A stretch of DNA of 63,817 nt, counting the filler, from Octopus bimaculoides (Eukaryota), in the NCBI RefSeq assembly GCF_001194135.2. It is 8 parts of 7 records of this genome, joined end to end, with 100 filler letters (N's around TTAATTAATTAA, not from the genome) between each part and the next. Parts side by side here need not be neighbours in the genome. Positions count along the whole stretch, not along the records: positions 32,893 to 55,284 come from NC_069002.1; positions 55,385 to 57,839 come from NC_068993.1; positions 57,940 to 60,204 come from NC_069001.1; positions 60,305 to 62,424 come from NC_068984.1; positions 62,525 to 63,817 come from NC_068989.1; 3 more parts are not named here. The stretch is one strand, 5' to 3'. The notes beneath the pieces were generated by a model that had not been told where the DNA came from, ran no database searches, and was given only the letters and a program-made list of their open reading frames with translations. Positions within the stretch are counted from its first letter, which is position 1; every line of letters begins with the position of its first letter. The translations under genes were made by a program, and so were the position numbers. Of the stretch, positions 52,331 to 63,817 are shown piece by piece.

Positions 52331-53085
52331 CCCCTGAGAGAGTGAAGGGCAGATTCTATGCTGCTTTCATTTGAACTATGATGCTGCTTAGTAGTGAGAC
52401 ATGGATCTTGAATGTAAAGGGTTTTTGAAGACTGGAAAGAAATGAAGCTGGTCTACTTCATTGGCTGTGTTATTGCTACTCTATTGATCTTCACCCTCCC
52501 TGTTTTTCTGCAGTACCACTCATCCCCTCTCCCCTATCACCACCCGATTCATAAATAATTAGTCATCCCTCATCAGTTTGAAGAGTGATTGAGGGATGAG
52601 TTTTTTGATAGATGAGGTATGTTGAAGGTTTGACAGGAACAGATTGGATGTGAGGATATAGACATAATGTGCTTCAAGAACCACATTTTCTTGTTTATTT
52701 ATTTATTCATTTATTTCTTGCCGTGGAGGACAAGTCTTCTTGAGTACAAACCATCCACAATAATTTTAGTTTTCACTACCCTGTCTACATCAAGCTAGGT
52801 CTCCCTCTTCCACAGGTCCCTGTCATCATTTAGCTTTTAACAAGCCTTTATGCAGCTGTCCTTGAGAAAGTGTCTCTAATAAATGTATATTGCTAAAAAC
52901 ACAGAAATATATCAGCAGCAGATGGAAAAGGTCCAGTAGTGCTGGTGGCATAGCTTAATATGCATTTCTCCTTCTTTGAGCCTCATCAGTAGCAATAACC
53001 ACTGGCACTGCATACTAAGCAAAAATAAATCACTTAGCAAGTTGGAAAGATGAATATAAAGAATCATTATGAAATATTAGTTCAT

Positions 53086-53478
53086 AGGTGCAGGAGTGGC
53101 TGCGTGGTAAGTAGCTTGCTTACCAACCACATGGTTCCGGGTTCAGTCCCACTGCGTGGCACCTTGGGCAAGTGTCTTCTACTATAGCCTCGCGCCGACC
53201 AAAGCCTTATGAGTGGATTTGGTAGACGGAAACTGAAAAAAGCCCGTCGTATATATGTATATGTGTGTGTGTTTGTGTGTCTGTGTTTGTCCCCCCACCA
53301 TCGCTTGACAACCGATGCTGGTGTGTTTACGTCCCCGTAACTTAGCGGTTCAGCAAAAAGTGACCGATAGAATAAGTACTAGGCTTACAGACAATAAGTC
53401 CTGGGGTCGATTTTCTCGACTAAAGGCGGTGCTCCAGCATGGCCACAGTCAAATGACTGAAACAAGTAAAAGAGTATA
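53086..53478 (+). repeat. tRNA-derived SINE family A, full-length young copy
   Basis: Head ggagtggctgcgtggtaagtagc..ccgggttcagtccc, internal (TG)n, tail gcatggccacagtcaaatgactgaaacaagtaaaagag; another 5' part at 55108-55260. Confidence 0.92.
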
Positions 53479-53707
53479 ATGTAAAACCCTCTGACTGAGG
53501 TAATTGCCTGAATTCCAGGATCCACTTTTCTTTAGTATATATTTTTATGCATTTATACATACATACACAAAAACACACTGACGTGTAATACTCATAGTTA
53601 TAGATGGAAATATAATACAGAAGATTCCATCCACAATTCTCAAGTAAAAAAGGTTAGTTACACTCAAACAATGTTCATCAGACGAAAGCTAACAAATGAT
53701 AACTTAC

Positions 53708-53787
53708 TTGCCATCAAAGGTTGTCATGTGGGGATCATTTATAGATTTGCATACAGCTCCACTGTTACTGTTATCAACAATAGTTAC
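53708..53787 (-). CDS. VWDE: VWDE-like gene, exon 1 of 12 seen (start of VWD domain)
   Basis: cttcag|GTA...GGCAA|gtaagt; VTIVDNSNSGAVCKSINDPHMTTFDG (VWD C...DPH..TFDG motif); phase 0 to 2, joining AA+A = K. Confidence 0.95.
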
Positions 53788-54034
53788 CTGAAGTAGGAAA
53801 AAAATATATATATGTGTGCGTGTGTGTGTGCGTGCGTGTGTGTTGATTTTTATTTTGGAGGTTGCTTTTCTGTTTCTGAAAAGGAATTCTACTTATTGCA
53901 ACAAATTATTTTACAATCCATATTGTGGGGCTGTTACCCTCATATGCTTAACTTAATCCAAACAGCAGTAAAATCTTCCTTACTACTATTGCTGCAGCTA
54001 CTACTACTACTACTACTAATAATAATAATAATAA

Positions 54035-54065
<31 letters not shown>

Positions 54066-54084
54066 TAATTCGTTTTAAATAATT

Positions 54085-54715
54085 TCTACTCTAAGAAACA
54101 AGACCTTGAAAATTTTCGTGGGAGGTGGATAGTCGATTACATTGACCCCAGTGTGTAACTGGTACTTAGTTCATCGATCTTGAAAGGATGAAAGGCAAAG
54201 TCGACCTCGGGGTAATTTGAACTCAGAATGTAGCAGCAGATGAAATACCACTAAGCGTTTCACCTGTCATGCTAACAATTCTGCCAGATTCGTGCCCTAC
54301 TACTACTACTACTACCACCACCACTAATAATAATAATGATAGTATTTTCTATTATAGGCACAAGGCCTGGAATATTGGGAGAGGGGCTAAGTCAATTCCA
54401 TCAACCCAGTGCATGACTGGTACTTATTTCTTCAACCCTGAAATGATGAAAGGCAAAATTGACCTCAGCAGAATTTGACCAAGGCAGCGAGCTGGCAGAA
54501 TCGTTAGCATGCCGGGCAAAATGTTTAGCAGTATTTTGTCTGCCGTTATGTTCTGAGTTCAAATTCCGCCGAGGTTGACTTTGCCTTTCATCCTTCCGGG
54601 GTCGATAAATTAAGTACCAGTTATGCACCGGGGTTGATGTAATCGACTTAATCCATTCGTCTGTCCTTGTTTGTTCCCTCTATGTTTAGCTCCTTGTGGG
54701 TAATAAAGAAATAAG
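54085..54715. repeat. Cluster of three family D SINEs (-,-,+), last two in a tight inverted arrangement
   Basis: 54085-54297 (-), 54345-54480 (-) and 54482-54715 (+). Confidence 0.8.
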
Positions 54716-54789
54716 AATTTGACCATGGAATGTAAGGACAGCCAAAATGCCACTTAAGTATTTTGCCTGGTGTGCTAACAATTCTATCA

Positions 54790-55085
54790 GCTCACCACTT
54801 TGGGTGAAAGCAGCTTAACTGCTGTGGAAGAGTGTGTACAAATAGAAAGAAAAAGAATCACTAGAACATTTACCGAAGATCACAGAGTTTGCCTCTTGAG
54901 AACAGGAAAGGCAGTGACTAAAGAACAGATGATCAGATTATGGAATAGGAGAAAAGGACAAGGAATTCAAAGAGATCATGTTGAGTAGATTAATGAGAAA
55001 CCTTTGCATGGTCGATTTTGGAAAACCAATGAGGGTGTACATGGAACAAAATCCTGGGTAAGGTTGAACAAAGGGGAATTGAAAA
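54790..55085 (+). mobile_element. R4/Dong-like non-LTR fragment (post-RT region)
   Basis: ...EKPLHGRFWKTNEGVHGTKSWVRLNKGELK resembles the KPLHG...W..G.LK segment of RLE-clade ORFs. Confidence 0.55.
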
Positions 55086-55886
55086 AAAAAACAAAAAAAC
55101 AGAGAGCGCAGGAGTGGCTGTGTGGTAAGTAGCTTGCTTACCAACCACATGGTTCTGGGTTCAGTCCCACCTTGGGCAAGTTTCTTCTACTATAGCCTCG
55201 GGCCGACCAAAGCCTTGTGAGTGGATTTGGTAGACGGAAACTGAAAGAAACCCGTCGTATATATATATATATATATATATATATNNNNNNNNNNNNNNNN
55301 NNNNNNNNNNNNNNNNNNNNNNNNNNNNTTAATTAATTAANNNNNNNNNNNNNNNNNNNNNNNNNNNNNNNNNNNNNNNNNNNNGTACGCACAGATTTGA
55401 CTTCGCCATGTCAACAAACTTCAAAATTCGTAAAAGTTTATCGATTTTTACAGGTATACGCGGGTACCTCTGAGAGAGAAAGTTCATTAAAATGCACATA
55501 GGGTCATTCCGAATCTTCTCCTAAAATTGAAGCGACATGCGTGCTAATTTGTGGACGTGCATAAACCACATTCACGTATACACACACACAAACATCCTCT
55601 GTTTTATAGATATTGATATATATATATATATGTTTGTTGTCAGCTGAGAGTTCTCATGACCATATTCTCTTTACTCTCCAGGGGTATTCATTCCTGGTTC
55701 TCTCCTTATGTAATTCTAAAGGCTAGCCTTTTCACATTCTGTGTCACGCTGAATCTCCCTGAGAACTGCGATAAGGGTATGCGTGTTTGTGGAATGCTCA
55801 GCGACTGGCACGTTAATTTCACGTGCAGGCTGTCCCATTGATCGCAACAACTGAAGCCCTCGTGGTCGTAACCGACGGAGTGCCAG

Positions 55887-55959
<73 letters not shown>

Positions 55960-56189
55960 CATACTGTTATATCCCGCATTATGACACAAGTTGGCAATGA
56001 CACAAGGAACAGATGATGAAATTTTGGTAGTGATCCGGAAATTTTTATGGACTCTTGAAGGATTTTTCATTTGTTATATCTACTTTACATGAAGTATTAC
56101 AATGTTACGTTCTTTGATTATCTCCCTTGAAAACACGTTCATCGTTTCCACGTAACCTATTGTGGCGTTGCTGATTCCAAAGTCTATTT

Positions 56190-56705
56190 TCGTTTCTCTA
56201 TTAGTAATTTTACTCGCGTATCTATCTGCTTGGCGGTCTGCGGAGGATGACAGGACAAGCCTTGACTATTGGGATCAACTTAAAAAGTTCATACTTTGCT
56301 CCCTCCACCGCCGCTGTGAGCACTATATCTTCTGTATGATGTGGAAAATATTCCATCAACATTGCCGGTCTTTAAAATTCTCCCCCGTGCCATCCATCCA
56401 CTACAGAAATGTTCGTGTCGTATCACAACACTATGACAGAACTATTTCACCTCAATTGGCCCTGCTCTCTTCAACATCATGCCAGATACACATAAAGGAG
56501 GAAAGTGACTTCACGGCATTCAAGCGATCCCTAGATGATTACCCCCAAGAAATACCAGATAAACCACCCACACCCAGATATGACTCAACAATAACCCTCT
56601 GCTTGAATGGGCTACGGTTCCCCAGAGCTGACTGTGTATCTCTTCCAGGTGGTGCTATTAAATTAGACATGGCCTGAGTCAACTTCGGCCGAAACTTATC
56701 TAAGT
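56190..56705 (+). mobile_element. CR1-group LINE 3' fragment
   Basis: LDYWDQLKKFILCSLHRRCEHYIFCMMWKI and FTAFKRSLDDYPQEIPDKP; 3' tail related to 41735-41776. Confidence 0.75.
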
Positions 56706-57783
56706 AATTTAATCTATGCTGTAACCTATTAATTAAAGCATTGCAACGTGGGTAGAGGCTGATATCTTAACATTTCTGATGGTCTTGAGTATAAAAAAAT
56801 TATTAAAGATTTATATAGAACTACATTCACAGTATGTCTTTAAGCTATTGTGTTTAGACCTGGTTTCAATCCTCAAACTGTTCCGTTTTGTAAATGCAAT
56901 TTTCTTTTTATAAAGAACTCCGAAATTAGGAAAATCAAAGATCTGCAACAATCTCGGTCCTATGAGTATCGGATAATGGATTTTCAACAGTGTAAAGAAA
57001 CTGATTGTGGTGACCGTAGTTTTGACGGTGATTATGGTGAAAGCAGAGACAGTGTTGATGATGACGATGGTCGAGATAAGTATGAGAGGAGGATAGAATA
57101 GTATCGGTGGTTGTAATGGCGACAGGAGCGGTGTGATGTGAGGTGGAAATGAGCTTCTTGGCGGAGGTCTGCGCTCTCCGGGTACTTTTCTAGTTTAAAG
57201 CAAGTTGACGTCGATTCTTCTTTTAATGTCTCTTTATAGTTCCGTGTTCATTGTATTTTGTTATTTTTACGTGGAAAAGTAAAAAGAAAAAAAAAGAAAA
57301 AAAAGACACAAAGAGAGCTAGACGAAATAACAAGCCGTCGCCGACAACAACAAAATCTAGAACAAGGACAATGGAGAAGACGACGACGACGACGACAGCA
57401 ACAGGAGCAACCATAACAACAACAATGGTGACATCGAGAGCAGAGCGGCAGCAGTACAGTGGTGGCGGCACCACCACCACCACTACCCCCCCCCCNNNNN
57501 NNNNNNNNNNNNNNNNNNNNNNNNNNNNNNNNNNNNNNNNNNNNNNNNNNNNNNNNNNNNNNNNNNNNNNNNNNNNNNNNNNNNNNNNNNNNNNNNNNNN
57601 NNNNNNNNCCCCCCCCCACCAACAACAACTACAACAAGCTAATAAAATATAAGAAGAAATAAAAGTTTTTATGTAAATATTTTCTTATTGCGTGAGATTG
57701 AATGAATCAAATTGATCTTTACTAGGAATTATAACAGTTTTCCAAGAAATTCTTTACCCTCTATGTGTGTGTGTGTGTGTGCC

Positions 57784-57839
<56 letters not shown>

Positions 57840-57942
57840 NNNNNNNNNNNNNNNNNNNNNNNNNNNNNNNNNNNNNNNNNNNNTTAATTAATTAANNNNN
57901 NNNNNNNNNNNNNNNNNNNNNNNNNNNNNNNNNNNNNNNTAT

Positions 57943-60100
57943 ATAAGCAATAGGATATCAAGAGATGATGCAGTACGACCATTTCAAGCGGCTCCATTTA
58001 ATTGAACAAGGGTAGAGAAAGGAATGGACAGGTCGCTCTACCCTATAAGGATAAGAAAATTACTGGTACTAGAGACATACCTAATTATCAAGCCACGTTT
58101 TTGAGAAGCGTTGAGAGAACAGGTAGATTCCGCCCTTACATGCGCCGTAAGTCTGAAAATAATGACTTGATCTCGTATAACGTTCCCTTCAACTGTGCCA
58201 TATCCATAAACATGTATAGAAAATTTATGACAAGTTTAGAAAAAACTTCCCTACTTCCCATAGATATAACAGAATTTTTTCCCGTAAAATAGTTAAAATC
58301 TCATACTCTACTCTTCCCTGTATGGGTACCATCAAAGCAAGGTTAAATAGAAAGAATATTAAATTAGCAAGAGATGCTAATAATAATAATGCTACTGTCA
58401 ACACTAACTTAAACCCCTACAATGTGAATAATAATATTAATGGTGACATAGAAAATAGAAACATCGGTACTAATGCTTCTAATATATACAATATAGACTG
58501 TAGCTCTGAGGTCTATTCTAGCACAGGATCTACTGATATACCTGATGATGCTGGGATGAATGTGAATGATACTACAATTGACGGAGAGATAATACCAGAT
58601 ATGAAAATAACACATACAATAGTAGTAGCAGGATTAATATTAATAGTAATATTAATAATAATGGTATGAATATCAATAATGTTAATAGCAGTAATTCTCC
58701 TAGTTGCAATTGTAGATGTCTAATCCAAAACGTAATCTATAAGTGTACAATCACAAATGTAGCTGGTAACTTTGATTATATAGGATGTTCAATAAATATG
58801 AGAAAACGTATTAATAACATTTTTCGTCTTTTAGGCTCAAACATAAGGCGAATTGTACGTCCTTATCTAACAAGATTTGGGAACTGAAGGAAAGCGGAAT
58901 CGAATTTAGCCTTAAATGGGATATTATAAGGAAAGCGTTGCCTTATAGAAATAGTTGATCCGCGTTCGAGCTGTGCTCTATGGAAACTTATGAAATTTCA
59001 AGTACAGGGACAAGAGCAACCTGGTTAACAATAGATTAAATTAGCGTTTAAAGGTGCTACACTTGAACATAGATAAGGAGAATTAATTTTTATTGTCATA
59101 TCCAATGTGAACTGAACCCTAGTATTATATATAATAAGTTGTATATATATATTTCTACTATTCCCTATAATTTCTTATTATTTTAGTCGATTATGACATA
59201 CCCATAATAAAGTACAAATATTTGTGTATATTTGCATGTGTGCACATTGTTAAATATGTGTATGTAAATGTTTCCGATTTTTTCTGATTCTTAGCTTATA
59301 ATTAACATAAAGATAAGATGATTCATCGCCCCCGTATTCCATAAGTAAATACCCGGAGCAATCTTTATGGAAACCACATAATAAATAAATAATGAATATT
59401 AATCTAATTCAATATGTAATCTTCCCTTTCTAATGTTGAAAATTAGTATATATACACAGTTTATCTATTCTGGTTATAATATTTTTAGTAATCTTAAATT
59501 TTATCTTTATACAACATAACAATATTGTTTATAAACAATCATCCATTGCACGCCATGATAATTTCCTCTGTATCTACATCATAGATTTTATTAGCGTCTT
59601 GCCCCTTTAACTGGTAATTAACATCTTGATTTGGGGGGTCTTCCCCTATCCAGCCTACTTTATAGACACTTACTTATGCATTTCCTAAAATCCTGATAAT
59701 ATTTATGATTATACCCAACTATAAACTGTCAACTCAGCCCCCCATCCTAAACAGACAATGTCCTCTAGCTTTAGATTTAGTTATTGACAAAAAAGACTAA
59801 TAAATAAAAAATAAATCACAATCCTTCACAAACTGTGACCCTAACAAACTTCATACAATTCTTAGAAGTGTAGTATATTCTTAGCTACACAAGTAGCAAC
59901 ATGGACTCTTTCCCTTTACTTGCTCTATTAGAGAATTTGAGTAAAATCATATTAATGTGTCCAACGGATTAAACATTCTATCTAATTATGCAGCTGAGGA
60001 TACCCCTGCATTTAAATTGATGTAATGATTGCATTGTTTCATTAAATATAGTCGCTTGAAACTGTCGTACTGCATCACCTCTTGATATCCTGTTGCTCAT
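57943..60100 (+). mobile_element. Penelope-like element remnant with GIY-YIG endonuclease region and inverted terminal segment
   Basis: YNVPFN...MGTIK, then SCNCRCLIQNVIYKCTIT...DYIGCS and WELKESGIEFSLKWDII...LCSMETYEI. 57943-57992 is the reverse complement of 60049-60100. Confidence 0.8.
59988..60075 (+). ncRNA. Type I hammerhead ribozyme motif in the Penelope-like terminal repeat
   Basis: ATGCAG-CTGAGGA-[57-nt hairpin-forming stem II region]-GAAA-CTGTCG-TA|CTGCAT: perfect 6-bp stem I, intact core, GUA site; base of stem II pairs poorly. Confidence 0.7.
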
Positions 60101-60519
60101 TTTGATTTTATTCACTTTACTTTGAGTTGTACGGAAAATACCGCACTAACTTGGAGCTTCAACTTAAGTACCTAATTCAACTGAATCTCAATTATATATA
60201 TATANNNNNNNNNNNNNNNNNNNNNNNNNNNNNNNNNNNNNNNNNNNNTTAATTAATTAANNNNNNNNNNNNNNNNNNNNNNNNNNNNNNNNNNNNNNNN
60301 NNNNTTTTTCTCCCTTTTTTGTCACTTTTGCTATGAATTAAATTAATGAATTCAACGGGATACACCGTCTGCAAGTAGTCGGGTTCAGCATATTATCCTC
60401 CATTTTCTAATTGTTATATATATATATATATATATCAGAGGACAACAAAACCAAGGCAGGGCTTGTGTCTCGAGTCATTTAAAATAAGGTGAATTTAAAG
60501 TAATTAATTAATTATTGGA

Positions 60520-60597
60520 TGTCTTACAGCTGTTTCTGGGATATCCCAAGTGATAGGTTAGCATCTCCATACGCTGGGTGTTCTGTCATCAGAGACA
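60520..60597 (-). ncRNA. Type I hammerhead ribozyme motif with atypical stem II
   Basis: TGTCT-CTGATGA-[49 nt ending TGGGATATCCCA]-GAAA-CAGCTG-TA|AGACA: 5-bp stem I, palindromic ACAGCTGT stem III, GUA site. Confidence 0.6.
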
Positions 60598-60833
60598 AGG
60601 TGAGTATGTATGTCTTAGGATTAGAGGTATTTCAACTGTGACCATCCCAGCTTGTTTCAAATTACTTTTTTGCATTTCTTATGCAAGATTCTGAGTGTGG
60701 AATCATGCATTAAAACCGATATAGCTTTATGCTGGGTGGATCAGCCAGTAAAAACACGCACTGGTTATGTTTCACTTCCTTATATTATCAATCAGTCTCA
60801 TTAATCGGTAATATTACTGAAGTGAGACGTTAC

Positions 60834-60912
60834 CAGTACGTGTGTTTTTATTGGCTGTATGGGACTCATAGAATACAACAATATTTGAGTTCCATTTTCC
60901 AGTGTGATATTT
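60834..60912 (-). CDS. Candidate upstream exon of the VWDE-like gene
   Basis: tctgtctttttaaataaag|A AAT...CTG|gtaacg; NITLENGTQILLYSMSPIQPIKTHVL, phase 2 to 0 and compatible with the 53787 acceptor. No homology recognised. Confidence 0.3.
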
Positions 60913-61419
60913 CTTTATTTAAAAAGACAGAGTTTGATTTAAGGAATATTTGGTTACTATTTCTATTTGGCCAAATAACTACGTAGCGGTGCCTTCACAG
61001 TCTCGTTGGTAATATACATTTGACGATAGGTGCACTAAACCATATAGATATATGCTTCTAAGTATATCAGATATAAAAAAAATGTATGACTATTCCAGCA
61101 GAAGAATCTATTATCTTAAATTCGTTTAAATGCAATTTCAACACAACACATTTACATTTCAACATTAGGAAATGAAAACATACAAGCATAAAAACACATA
61201 CACAACACATATGAGACACACACACACACACACGCACACGCACACGCGCGCGCACATACACACACAACACATGTACAGAGAAACAAAATCGTATTTCGAA
61301 TCCATTTGTAATGGAGATTTTGCTAATATTTCAAAAATTCTGCGTATGAATTATAAGATGAAATGTGATTGGTGGATGGCATAGTAAGGAAAAAAAAAAA
61401 GAAAAAAAAAAGGAAAGAT

Positions 61420-61477
<58 letters not shown>

Positions 61478-61640
61478 GTTATAATAAACGAAAAGAAATA
61501 AAAATATAGCCCCGAAAGATATCAGTTTTATTGCAACTAGCTAGGGGAAATTTATTAAACAGCTGAAATATATACTCTATAGATCAATATAGTGGCGAGG
61601 GTCTTGAATTCAATTAATTTTCAGATATTGAAACTATCAG

Positions 61641-61677
<37 letters not shown>

Positions 61678-62118
61678 AGCACCTACAACAATAACTATTA
61701 CTATTACCACCACTGCCACAACAATAACAATTGCAGTAACAAAATTGTGACGACTAATACTGCTACTAATGTTATTTCTATGCCGGAAGCGGCAGCACCT
61801 ACAACAACCAAAATGTTTTCCAATCAAACACGCACAAACTAAGCGAAAAAACAAAAGAAGAAAAAAAAAACAGGATAGCAACAGCAAAACAAAAATACAG
61901 AAAAAAAAAAAGAAACAGAAAGAAAACAGAAAAGAACGAAACAAAGCAAAAACAAGACGATACTATTAATTCCCACTTCTGTCAAAATGGAGAAATGTTT
62001 CCGGACCGATTTTTATCTTGTTTTTTTTATTTATTTTTTTATTTTTAGCGAATGCAGAAAACTTGTTGGTTTGTATCACTGCAATACTAACCATCCAGTA
62101 GAAATAGCCACCATATGT

Positions 62119-62159
<41 letters not shown>

Positions 62160-62371
62160 TGCAGCAGCAGTAGCAGCAGTAGCAGGAGCAGAAAAGCAGC
62201 AACGAAAGAAAAAAATTCCATTGATAGATGGACGTTTTAAGCTTTAAAACCATCATTATTATCATTATTATTATTATTATTATTATTACTATTATTATTA
62301 TTATTATTGAGAGAGAGCATTATTACTATTATTATTAGCATTATTATTATCATCATCATCATCATCATCAT

Positions 62372-62424
<53 letters not shown>

Positions 62425-62917
62425 NNNNNNNNNNNNNNNNNNNNNNNNNNNNNNNNNNNNNNNNNNNNTTAATTAATTAANNNNNNNNNNNNNNNNNNNN
62501 NNNNNNNNNNNNNNNNNNNNNNNNTGGAGGCCCTTCCTAACACCAACCACTCTGCTTTTTATGTGGCACCAGCACAAGAGAGGTTAATTTCAGCTTGATC
62601 TTTACAGCCGGATGTTCTTCCAAACGCCATCCACGTTGCAGTGTGGACTGGATGCTTTTTAACGTGGCACCAGCACTGGCAGGGTTACCAAGTAATTCGA
62701 AGGGCTAGGAATTAAGAGAAGGGAAGGGCATTTGAGAAGGGGAACTTGTGTCAGAGGATGAGAGATTAGAGTGTGACAGAAGCAGGTGTCTCGCCACAAG
62801 AGAGGGGTCACTAGAGGAGGTGATCCAGTATGAGATGATGAAAGACTAGAGTGTAACAGAGAAATAGCGAGGCAGAAATAGGTGTCTTGCTAAAGAGGAG
62901 GTACATGGCTACCCAGT

Positions 62918-62993
<76 letters not shown>

Positions 62994-63022
62994 TAGAGAG
63001 AGAAAGAAAGATAGAGAGAGAA

Positions 63023-63071
<49 letters not shown>

Positions 63072-63817
63072 AATGTACAAGAAAGAGGCCAGAAACAAGT
63101 GTGCTGATGAAAAGGAAATACTTATTTACCTAGTCAGAGGAAAAATGAAAGAGAGAGAGAGATAGAGAGAGAGAGAGTAGGAAACAGCAAAAATGGAAGA
63201 GAGAGTAGAAGAGAGATGGAGTAGTGCAGGTTGTACTTACAAGTAACAAAAATATGAGCGTAGAACGTGGGTAGAAAAATAGGGTGTGGGTCTGGGTATT
63301 GGTGGTGTGGGGAGCAGTGATACAGTGAGCAGGTCAGTTAGGGCAAGGAAGGGGATTGGAAAGCAATCATAATTTATGAAGAGGAAATGTGAGGAAGAGA
63401 AAGATGCACTTAGAAGAGGAGTTGTAGTTCGGTTTCTTAGGTTAGCGTGGGTGAAAAGTTTGTTGTTACACGTGGGTGGGACACAGCTCTTCTCGCACTC
63501 AATTTCTCTAGAACCTCATCTCGGTCCACTGTCATTTCCTTCGTGAGCCCCAGCATCCTAAGATTATAATATATATATATATATATAAGGGGATGTTTCT
63601 ATGTGGCCTGCTTGTTTGTTGCACCTTGTTTACCATTTTGTCCTTGTTCTTTTGCCACGTCATGTACCCAGTTATGTATCTATATGTACATGTAGATGAA
63701 CGTATATACATACATGTACATATATATGCATATACTCATATATTGTTTATATATATATATATATGGACTGGAATGAGAGAGAGAGAGGGAGAAAGGGAGA
63801 GAGAGAGAACGAAGAAA

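Noticed and set aside
62091-62120. Minus-strand donor GGATG|gttagt as a possible first exon
   Set aside because: Joining it to the 60912 candidate gives an immediate stop, and there is no signal peptide or acceptor.

Overview
Eukaryotic, AT-rich, microsatellite- and retroposon-dense draft sequence with many N gaps. The tRNA-derived SINE families and simple repeats fit a coleoid cephalopod, probably Octopus (inference from repeat content, not checked). Only one host gene is well supported: a minus-strand VWDE-like gene (von Willebrand factor D and EGF domain protein). I reconstructed 12 consecutive exons between 53787 and 34483; all have GT-AG boundaries and matching phases and join into one open frame of 566 codons. 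Its true 5' and 3' ends are unresolved. The rest is transposon debris: RTE, R4/Dong-like, CR1-like, Tx1/L1-like and Penelope-like retroelements, a Gypsy pol remnant, hAT and Tc1/mariner remnants, MITEs and many SINEs. The most interesting non-coding signal is a set of type I hammerhead ribozyme (HHR) motifs from several unrelated repeat families. Most sit at the inner ends of head-to-head inverted repeats, one lies in the terminal repeat of a Penelope-like element, and one follows a tRNA-like head. One family carries a compensatory G3-C8 core swap (GUGAACA instead of CUGANGA) that ordinary motif searches would miss. All folds were read by eye; no activity or novelty has been tested. Repeat coordinates are approximate to about 10-20 nt, while exon and ribozyme coordinates were counted base by base.
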